Shown here: positions 25,501 through 34,849 of the stretch, in pieces
Layout: each line of letters opens with the position of its first letter
Numbering within the stretch: position 1 is the first letter of the stretch
Origin: Cyanophora paradoxa CCMP329
Taxonomy: Eukaryota > Plantae > Glaucophyta
Length of the DNA: 51,721 nt
Direction: 5' to 3'
Assembly: GCA_004431415.1 (NCBI GenBank)
Contig: QPMI01000336.1
Location: 1-51,721 of the forward strand
Notes under the pieces: model-generated
Databases searched by the model: none
What the model saw: the letters and a program-made list of their open reading frames with translations, nothing else
Told to the model about the DNA's origin: nothing
Position numbers and translations under genes: made by a program

Positions 25501-28500
25501 CCATGTTCAGAACGGACACACCAAACCTGCCGCGGATTTGGCAACATGTCCGCTTCGATGCGGGCTCGGACGAACCCGTCCTGGGTTCCGTTATTAGGCA
25601 CGAAGTCACGGACTGCAAACGGGAGCTTGACGAGCGCAGGGTTTACGCCGAATCCGCCTGAGACGGTCGGAAAGTCGTAATAGCGCCTGTGTTCACGATC
25701 GGATCAAATTGCTAGACGACCGCGGCCGCGTACGGTGCATTTTGAATGAGAAGACTCAGCTATACATGCGCACCTTATGTCTGTGAAACAAACTGCACGT
25801 ATGCGAGGGAGCGTTCAATGTTAGCATCTACGGCTGCAGTGCAACGGCGCTAGCGGGATTCACAGCATACGCACTCTTCCCAGCAGTCTGTTGTTTCGGA
25901 CGTAGGATAACCAGGTCGTCAGCCGAGTGCACGTGTTTCAGGTTAATGATGAAGCACATATGCATGTTCATGGCTAATTCCCAGAAAATATCATTTCCGA
26001 TCATAAATATTTAGGCGGACATTATTAAGATTATTCCAGTGATAAGGCGTTATAACCGCAGAGAAACAAATGCATCAAGCACCACAGCGGCGGCTTCGGC
26101 GGATGTGTTTCTGATTCCGTCTTCGCACTTTCGGCAGCTGCGAAAATGAAAAGCGATTGAGTTTAGCGGCTGATCATGGATTCCAACTCTCGACGTGAAA
26201 CGTTTGACAGGATGAAAGCGCACTTGGCAAAGCGGCCTTGGGGCGCCTTGATCAGAGTGTTGAGCAGGTTTGCAAGCGGGCTGGCCGACGCCTCGGTTTG
26301 CCCGGTGAGGCCCGTGCCGGCGGTGCTGACCCAGTCCGGACTCGAGATGGCGGCGGACATCGCCACGAGGGCCTGCGTATTTGCACGTTGTTGGAGTGAG
26401 GCTGGGTAATAGATTGCTCCGAAGTAAAATGAGGTTTCATAACGAAATCGTACCTCTTTCAGATACACGCTGAGATCGAGGTTCACGAAATCGCAGGGGT
26501 CGAGTTGCGGCTTGCAGCTCGACAGTTGTATCATCATCGTCGAATTTAGGTACCTGGCTTCACAATCACATGCGACAAAATTAAAGGACACACATAAGGG
26601 TAAAGGTTCACTCGGAAGAGGAATCTGCTAAATTGTTGATGGCAGTAATGACGCCCTGGAGCTCCGGGTACGAGGCCACAATGTCTCCAGAGGCTTTGGC
26701 ACGGTTCCGGGAGCGATCTGCGGCAGTTGCAGCCGAGCACACATCGTTGATCAACGTTGCCAAGCACGGAGGCCGCCCTGCGCACCCGAAACTGAATATT
26801 AATCGAAATTCTGAGACTGTCACTGCATGCGCACGAACGGCCAAAACTAGTAATTATAATGCACCTTCGCCCTTAAAGTTCTTGCTCAGGGCGCTGATTG
26901 CATCGCTCTCCAAAATTGTCTTCTGCTGCTCGACAATGGCGCCCGAGTCGAACTGCTCCTTTATCCAAACCATGCGAATTTCGTAGGTCGAGCAGGCATC
27001 CGGCGGCTGGACGACCGTGATACTCAGCGGAACATCTGCTCGAAGTCGTGGATCAATTATATTATTAGCAATGCAAAAACGAGACTGTTATAAAAAAGTA
27101 CCCGAGCAGATACAGCCGTTGCTCGAGCAGATGGTCGCTGTAAGCGCATGCGTGCCGACGGGGAACAGATAGGAGGGAATCATGACGTTGCTCTCTTGGG
27201 GCTTGACCAGAACCTCAGACGTCTTGTCCAGCTAATTATATAAAAACTGAACATTAGAAAGATCCATACCACACAATTTTAATTATACGTGTGCTCACCT
27301 TGAGGGAATAGTTGAGTGGAAGCGCCCCGGAAGGCGGCTTCCAGTCGGAGCACGTGACTGTGAAGCGCGTCTCGAGGAATGTACCCTCCGTAGGCGACAC
27401 CGTGCACGTTCCGGGATCAACCAACGCCGACCGTCCGACAAGGCGTATGGTAGCCTGATCGGAGACCGCGGGAGGGGATGCGCCCGGACTGCCAGGATCG
27501 GGCGCCGTCGCAGAGCATCGCTGCACAGCACGGCCGCGACCGCGGGCGAGAGATCAATAGAGGTGAGAAAGACTCGCGACGAAAACCACGCACGATGACG
27601 TATTCTCTGTCTGCAAAAGATAGAAAGCGATCACGTGTTAAAGTTAGAGAGAGATCAGGCACGTCGTAAAGTCTCTTGAAGCAATGAAAATGTACAATTG
27701 CAATCATTAAGACTCACTGTACTCAAAGGCCGGGCGGGAGTCTGGAGTGAAGAACAGGGAGTCTTCGACTCTTGAAACTTGCCTGTAGTACCTGTATATA
27801 CGTGTCCGATCGCGAATGCGAGCCGTATGCACGCGTACGCATGAGCTTCCAAATCCAAACACACAAAATCAACACCGCACAGAAATGCGCACGGGGACCT
27901 GTCAAGATCCGCCAGGATGGACTCGCCGTTTGGCGCGGACCAGGTATGGACGGCGACTGTGGGGAATGCGTCATAGTTGAGAGCCGAAGAGGTGCAGCGA
28001 ATGACGATCTTTTGATTGATGCAGACGCTGTCGGCGGCCCCTGGAGGCGGCGAGACCTCCACCTTCGAAGTGTTTTATAATTAGTATTCAACCGATCGCG
28101 AACACGCGTACAATTGCTTTATTATAACCAGCTACACAGCTCGAGCTCCGCGTGAGCACCTGGACCTTGACCTGCAAGGCAGGGGTGGGATTTGTGGGAT
28201 TTGTGGGGCCTGTGGGATTTGTGGGATTTGTGGTATTTGTGGTGTTTGTGGTGTTTGTTGTGTTTGTTGTGTTTGTTGTGTTCGTTGTGTTCGTTGTGTT
28301 TGTTGTGTTTGTTGTGTTTGTGGGGTGTGTGGGGGGTGTGGTGGGTTTCGGGAGAACTTGCAAAGGGCAGTCTGTCACAAGGAAGTCCCTGCTGCTCTCG
28401 CGATAACCGCCTGAATTCGAAGTGGCAATTGTGAGAGACTAGTTCAACCAGTCGATCTTTATCTCACCAAAGCGGTTGAGTGCACGGAGGAGAACGCGGT

Positions 28501-31500
28501 GCACGCGATTCGGGATGCAGAGGAAATCTCTCCCGCCGAACGGCTCCTCGAGGGTTTTGATGTCGAAACTCGTTGCGTCGCGAGGGATTTTTCTGATCGT
28601 ATTCACTACGTTCTCGTGATCTACGGCTGCGTCAAGATCCTTGTATTCGGGTTTCAGCGGATCCGCCGTGGTCGCTAGGGGCTGCTGGCCCAAGTCTTGA
28701 AGCTGAGCGATGGCCCCCGCGACCGTCATGATAAGGGATTTTCCATTTTCCATTTAACGATAGTAGCAATCGTAAGCTCGAAACCGCACCCGAACGATAA
28801 GCATGTCATAGCCATACGGCGTGTGGTGGCCGTCGGTCGGATTCTCCCACTCGACAATGTAGTCGCTTCCGATGGGCTTCGGTTTCGGAGCTGCAGCACG
28901 AGTGCGCTTCACAATCATGCAAATGCCTGTATGTATTTGAGCCGTGGAGGGACAAACCTGTCCAGGCTTGGAAGTCCGTCCACTTTGTTGCGTTGTCTTT
29001 GGAGAAGACGTAGGCGAATTGCGCGCTAAGGCCGTCTCTGGAGATGATTTTCGCCGCGTGACGGTTTTTCCAGTCAAACCACAGCTCAATCATGCTGATG
29101 TCGTCGGCCTTGTCGCCCACAGCCTGCTTCGGCGGCTGATTGGGGGCAGTGATTGGATCCGCCATGACGTTCTTCCCAGGAACGCCACCAACAGGCCGAG
29201 GAGTACGACCTGTCCCCGCCCTCGCCAGTCCAAGGCTGTGCTCCTCACCCACAAGCCTGCGCAATGGCAATGAAGTAAGGGACAGAATTGTTCGGGCTAT
29301 CGCGACCCAAGCATTTATATATACATATACGCACGCAATGTAGCAACGATCTGCAAGACGCGACGAGATTAGGAGCCGTACGCGTTATCATGATATATAT
29401 ATATATAACATGACCCCACCGAGAATGAATCCGCCTGCACCGACGGCCGCGACGGTGTCTTTTGCAGTGGAGACGCTGGGATGCGGCGCCCCAGGTTGCC
29501 TCAAAATTTCATTTTTGGTTGCTGCGTGTTATCGTCCATATCGATCGAATCACAGGGTGAATTCAAATCAAGCTCACGTACCAAAGTATTCTGTGTCCGG
29601 GAAGTACCCGTTTAGTGTGCATCAGTTAAGCGTGCTATATCTAGATAGTAAGAGGGACATAAATCACACCTCCGTAGGTCGTGTTGCCATATCCAACATA
29701 ACCAGACGCATCCTCCATCCAGTTGCTCGCATCCCACCGCTGCCTGCGCAGAGGTGTCATGTGCATGCTAAGGCTTGCAATGGAGCAATGAAATCGAACA
29801 TGCCTTGAAGGGCCCCAGTGGATGTAATTCTTGCTGAGACGATCGATCCCTGCCGTGTCTAAAGTGGTGACATCCGCTGTGTCGAGCCCGGCAAGGGTTC
29901 CTGCACGGATCAAATGATAGTCGGCAGCTGCGACCGCGGGGCTCACGATCGAAGAATATTAACTACTGCCATACCGAGCTGCTGATCGTTGTCCGGATCT
30001 AGTCCTCGCAAATAATACTTAATTTGCTTCACTCCGTAGGTGAAGCCGGCCGAACGTCCCGGATTATTGAAACTGCAAACCACAGTACGTTCGGCAGCAA
30101 GCACAGATTGAATCGCGAGCCACGCGCAAACACGCACAGCAGAGTGACATCGACGTAGATCTGGAAGTACTCATTGGTCTCGTGGAAAAAGTAACTGTGA
30201 AATGCGTAAGGCGCAGACATTGGTAGTTGCAAGCTGCTTGTAAACCGCTCACGTTGTGGTGATGTTCAATTGACTTTGCTGTGCTTGGTGCACAATCGTG
30301 ATGCCGTCGGGCTCCGTGATGTTCTTTATTATTTTCCCCTTGAATGGTTCCACGAAGCCCAAGTCTTCCTGCAGGCGCCGACCATATGTGGGCAGTCATG
30401 ACTATACAATCGCGCTCGGAATTCCAAGCGCACCAATACTGTGCCATATCCGATGTTCTTGTACTGTTTTGCCCCAGCTCCGGTGTCAACTCCGATGCCC
30501 CAGCCTTCGACCTGAAAAACGATTAGGTAATTATATGTATAGAATTTAAACCCGCGAGACGAATTCTTATGTGGATGCATATATACGCACAGGCAAACCG
30601 GGAGTCTGAATTCGAAGGCAGGGAACGAAATGAACGTTAGAGAGAGCCGCTGGAATGATCATCGAAAACATAGTTCGAGACGTCGACACGTGCATGTACG
30701 CACCACATAGTCCTGATCATAACAAAACAAAATGAACGAACAGTGTCAGCACGCTGCAGAATAAAGGCTAGAGAAACAAACAGCAGAGAAAAATATAGCG
30801 CACTCCGCAGTACGGCATTTGCCTGAAAGAGTGCGCAAGCAATGGGTGAGAATAAAGCAGATTGCTTTCGGAGCGACATAGATTGCGAATATCGATCTAG
30901 GATAACGACAAGAATCTGCTTAGAATCTAAAGCGGTGTACCCTGCAGCTATTCAAAAAAAGTGGTCTAGATCTCACCGGCCGGTCTTGCATCCAGTTCCT
31001 TTCGTGCAATCGGCTTCAGCCGCGACGTAGTCATCGAATTCTGATCGGTACCGAGAATAAACAGAAGCTAGAATGAGTCCTCACAAACGAGAATAAAGCT
31101 AAAACCGCTTACGAGGCCACGTGTTCCACTGTTATAGAGAGATCGAGTCGGGAACGTAAACCGGGACCATCGTTATGGTCAGATCTAGAAGTCTTTCGAT
31201 TCGGCATGTGCGACAGACTGAGAGCTCACCCCGTCACGATCCGCGTCGACGAACAAGCCGAAGCCCTGGCGACGGTTCTGCGAGTACCCGATTGGGAGAT
31301 ACGGGCTGACGTATGGCGAGTACTGCGCGCTTCCGAACGAAGCCTCGGCTCCTTGGATCGCGACCATGATAGACTTGCCGAAGACGAAATAGTCGTATTG
31401 ATCATCCAGTTTCGTGTCCGTCCTGAAAGGAATGCTCGGATAGGTAGTGCGAATGACGGTACCGGCTTCTGAAGGCTTAATCGCTGCACAAGAGCATCAA

Positions 31501-34345
31501 CCAACGGAGAATTTCAGAGGTTGTACCGCACACATACCGAGATGTCCACGGATCTATTAATATACGAATTTGCATGGATTTGTGTGAAGAAAAAATAGCA
31601 AGGGGGAGAATCACGCATTACCTCGAATAGAGGCATGAACTGCTGGCGTTGATGCTCTGTGCAGTACCACCTGCATCGGGGCTGGCGATCGTACTGTGCT
31701 GGCAAAAGCTGGAATACTGCGCATGGAGCACGGACATGGGCGAAATCCAAGTCGTTGTTTTGGAGTTGTAGTCTTCCCAAAGGCCGAAGCGCGTGTTGGG
31801 TTCTTCGGCCTTAAATAAGCCAGCAGTCGCTTGGGTAGACGATACGTCCTGATCCGCGCGACGATTGTATTCGAGTTGCCTGCACATGCATGTCATGCAT
31901 ATGGCGGCCGAATCAAGAAAGGAAATGTTCCAATGACAACAATAATCACCCCATGATATGTCCAAGCCACCTTGATGGGGGAACAAGTCAGTGCGCATAA
32001 ATACTTATTTGCAAGCTAAAGCATCGAAGAAACAGCAGTTTAGGCCGAACCTTGGAAAAGAGTGGCCTCCCGCCTTGGGGTCGGGGAAAACGACGTTGGG
32101 GGCTTCGTTCGGATTCGGCGGATTCCAAGATTTTGTAGCGGTCGCGTAGATTTTCAGGTTGGCGGCGGATGGGTGGCGCTCGCTGCGCAATATTCAATCA
32201 ATTGCATTTCCGCCCCCGAAACACTTCGTATTTTGTCGACGAACGGACCCGAACCACTTGCTGACGGCATAGTCGTACTCTGCGATACAAATCAGGATAC
32301 GAAGCGTGCAGAGAACTTCGAAGCAGAACGCACCCTCCTGGCCAGGCGCAGGGACTTTGTTCCATTTGGGATCATAATATGTCGCAAGCTGCACATGAAA
32401 GCTCGTTAAGTACTAGCACAGTGTTTGATGCCGTAGGTTTTTCATGTCACCGAATCAAGAAACCCAACGCGCGTACCGAGAACAGCCCTATAAATATCCT
32501 CAATGGAAATCGTTCAGAAGAAACGCGTCAAGAAAAGCAGGTGAGCATGAGCGATCGAGAAAAAGCAAGAAGCAAATCATGATCACCGTCCGCGACATCT
32601 GTGCGCCGGATGCTGCCGGATCACGAATCAACGCCGGGCATGTACAATGCACAGGAAACAATATGCAATGTCTCACCGGAGGCAGTACTGAAGTCCGGAG
32701 GCATGGAGTCGGCGTGAGTGAAGCGTGCTCGTGATCATGATGTACATGGAAAGCGCGCACGGCATCATATATAGTAATCGGCTCGCTGCACTGAACATAA
32801 ACGTCAAGCGTTTTGGTTGTGGAATCTGTTCGAATTCGGCTTCGTGAGGATTCGAAAAAAAAAGTATATGTAGGAGTAGAACTCGTTGACCGCGAGTGGT
32901 GGCATCTACGGTCACAGACCCGCAGACACCAAAGAGTGGGAAATCTTTCGGCCGTTTCTGGAGGAGACGCCAGCATCCAATTCACGCATGCCACTTGAAA
33001 CGAACAAGCAAAACACCTGATATGCGCTGTTGACGTAGGTCGGGACTCTGTAAGCCGCTTCCAATTTCTCCGCGCTCTGGCAAGCGCCATCGGTAGCGCA
33101 AGGCCATCCATGTCCGCTCCGACCGCGATTCGATTTAACGACAGAGACCTGCAGAACGCGATTAGAAAAAGGTACTGAACGCGACAGCAGGATCCGAATA
33201 TCGATGATGCAAATTAAATGGCGGCATTGCAACGTCGGACCTCGAAAACCCAGTTTTTAGGGAGGGTGGTCGAGAATCCGTTAGCTGGGTCATATATCGT
33301 CGACGTGTCCGGGAAATAGAGTCTTCGGGAGCCGGAAGTTAAAAACGAACTCATGAACGCATTCGAAACCTTGAAGTACTTGAGGATCGCACGTAAAATA
33401 GGCGCTCGTCATGTTGTAGGGCGCGTTCGTGTACCGCATGCTGCACCGCGGAATTACAAGAGCCCGATGCTAAACCCCAGACGCTTTGAACTCACCAGTG
33501 GAAAAAGTCAGCTGTGGGGCGAATGCGAGCGTTGGGTTATCAGGATTCGTGTTGTTGGTCGCAGAGAGAATAAACATTATGATTAACTCACACGTCGGTC
33601 CGCGGGCCTCGACGATTTGAATATTAACGCCAGTTGTGCCGTCAATTCGATATGTCGAAGGAACTTCCGCTGTAATCCCGTCTTTGAAGCAATAGGTGTT
33701 GTAGCGATATTGGCCATCGATCTCCCAGTAATTGCCGATGCGACCTTGGTCTGCGACATATATGTGTCACTTGAGCACTTGGTCTCCATGCTCACACGGA
33801 CGATCGATATCATTGATCTTGGAAAAAGACGACGTACGCATGTAGAAAGAGCTTTCTTGCGGGCTTTTTGCTGCACTGGCGGGCTCGCCGCCATCGCTCG
33901 TGCCGTTGCCCTTGAAGTAGGTCGATACGATTGGCTGCATCCGTTGTCGTTGGTCGCGATCGCATCGATATCGCTGTCAGGTGGCAATATTAATAGAGCT
34001 CGAGATTACCTTGTCTCCTGGTAGCCCGTCCGAGAACCGAATGCCAGGGCGACCCTGGACACCACTGCGAGGCGGCGATGCGCCCCCCAATACACGAGTC
34101 AGTCTGAGTTAGCTAAACAGCGATCTCACCATCGACAACGCTAACGCGCGTGCGCATTGAGCGCATTAAAACACGCACACGGGGCCCATGTCTCCGCACT
34201 GCTTCGGGGTTGTACACGCCGCCGCCGAAACCGAGGCGACAACGAACGCTGACAGAACAAGTACCAGTGTCGCTAGAACGAACGAGGCCGCACTGCTTTG
34301 CTGGCCTGTGGTGGCGCGCCGGCCGAAGCCGCGCGCCGTCGCCAT
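4591..34345 (-). CDS. Giant multi-exon single-pass receptor: REJ + GAIN/GPS (polycystin-1/adhesion-receptor-like ectodomain), 1 TM, cytoplasmic array of ~53 FN3-like domains; 3' end uncertain
   Basis: Many junctions join in frame by manual GT/GC-AG splicing. Landmarks: ATG 34345 with a signal peptide; REJ motif DPGTCTVSPTEGTFLETRFTVTCSDWKPPSGALPLNY (~27300-27420); GPS motif YLIYWDETLNSWMPC...GFCTHL|TT|FTLG (25205-24715); TM 24542-24474; then FN3-like repeats. Introns checked for frame: 24791-24862, 24725-24784, 24552-24607, 22772-22842, 21736-21808 and the 67-nt repeat intron. Not every junction in 25600-34180 was resolved. Confidence 0.75.
4606..4658. repeat. 20-bp tandem repeat (ttttcccctcgaaaaccact), ~2.6 copies
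   Basis: Read directly from the sequence. It lies next to an imperfect direct duplication at 4425-4482 and 4521-4572. Confidence 0.9.
5430..21570 (-). repeat. Near-identical coding tandem array: 13 full units (short 1075 bp = 1008 exon + 67 intron; long 1201 bp) plus flanking partial units, each encoding 3 FN3-like domains
   Basis: 14 copies of the intron GTGCGGGACG...CTGAC...GGCAG, with low coordinates 20655, 19580, 18505, 17431, 16231, 15157, 13957, 12884, 11686, 10485, 9411, 8211, 7137 and 6066. The domains follow the pattern APSxL...LSW..P....Y.V..DG..V..V....TS.....L......QV.P....G..GP.S. Confidence 0.95.
24474..24542 (-). other. Single transmembrane helix
   Basis: ILPLAFGIGAAGLLVVGITAAIV (23 uncharged residues) followed by K, R and KK, so the positive-inside rule favours a cytoplasmic C-terminus. 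Confidence 0.8.
24715..25330 (-). other. GAIN/GPS autoproteolysis motif region
   Basis: ISGLPDSTPIIIEIP...YLIYWDETLNSWMPC...LFQLEIN|GQQIWYARGFCTHL|TT|FTLG gives the H-L-T-x-F consensus just before the TM helix. Confidence 0.8.
26860..28090 (-). other. REJ (receptor for egg jelly / polycystin-1) module
   Basis: GTCTVSPTEGTFLETRFTVTCSDW..S.ALPLNYSL matches the REJ hallmark G-x-C-x-V-x-P-x2-G-x3-T-x-F-x3-C-x2-W-x-D/P...PLxY. It is followed by YLFPVG..ALTATICSSNG and then a helical region, as in REJ-GAIN proteins. Boundaries are approximate. Confidence 0.8.
28186..28350 (-). repeat. Coding 9-bp microsatellite: (NTT)x~10 plus NPT repeats, mucin-like stalk rich in N-glycosylation sequons
   Basis: Plus-strand gttgtgttt/gtggtgttt repeats at 28230-28319. 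The minus frame reads PKPTTPPTHPT(NTT)n NPTNPTGPTNPTNPTP and is in frame with the preceding exon (RFG|GYRESSRDFLVTDCPLQ). Confidence 0.85.
28960..31475 (-). other. Ectodomain module resembling bacterial surface/adhesin proteins, split over many micro-exons
   Basis: Spliced translation: FVFGKSIMVAIQGAEASFG...LPIGYSQ...GFGLFVDADRDG|WNTWP...DYV|TPGLP|VEGWGIG...YYLRGLDPDNDQ...YFATKNEILRQPG...DDISMIELWFDW...SAQFAYVF. The family resemblance is from recall, not from a search. Confidence 0.5.
34181..34345 (-). CDS. First coding exon of the giant receptor, with signal peptide
   Basis: MATARGFGRRATTGQQSSAASFVLATLVLVLSAFVVASVSA|AACTTPKQCGDMGP: basic N-region, hydrophobic core, small-residue cleavage site (VSA), followed by a GT donor. 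Confidence 0.75.
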
Positions 34346-34610
34346 TATGCACGCGCGAGTGCAGATCGATATCCTCCGATCCTCCAACGACGAAGCCACA
34401 ACTTCTTCCTTCAGCCGGGCGCCTTCCTTCAGCCACGGTGGCCCAGTGGCGGCCTTGGCGATCGCACACCGGACTCGAGCCGAGTCCGCCGACTCCGAGC
34501 AATTCGACCCGGTACCGTACTACTGTAACCGTACTACCGTAGTACGGAGTCGACGTCGAGTCGAGCAATACTATGATGCTTACGACCAGTGGACTCGATA
34601 CGCACCCCTA

Positions 34611-34816
34611 CCGTGTAATACTTATTTACTGCGCCACAAATTACTGCGTTCCAAATTTTCTGCGCCGGTAGGCGCTTTACTGCGCTACCAAATTACTGCG
34701 TTCCATCGGCCTCGAAAATGCATTATTTGTTAGCAAAGGGGGTAATACTGCGCTACCAAATTACTGCGTTTGGTAGCGCAGTAGTTATGTCAGCGCGGTA
34801 ATTAAGTATTACACGG
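34611..34816. mobile_element. 206-bp MITE, Tc1/mariner(pogo)-type
   Basis: TIRs CCGTGTAATACTTAtTTACtGCGC vs CCGTGTAATACTTAaTTACcGCGC (24 bp, 2 mismatches). TA on both sides (34609-34610 and 34817-34818). Internal TACTGCG repeats and no ORF. Confidence 0.85.
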
Positions 34817-34849
34817 TAGGATAGTTCTGAGGCCCGAGGATCATCGGAT

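Noticed and set aside
28152-28434. (VVF)n or (LC)n hydrophobic ORFs as membrane peptides
   Set aside because: They are antisense readings of the (NTT)n coding microsatellite.
4591-34345. Assigning the symbol PKD1 or PKDREJ to the giant gene
   Set aside because: It shares REJ and GPS but has no PLAT domain or multi-TM channel region, so orthology is unsupported.
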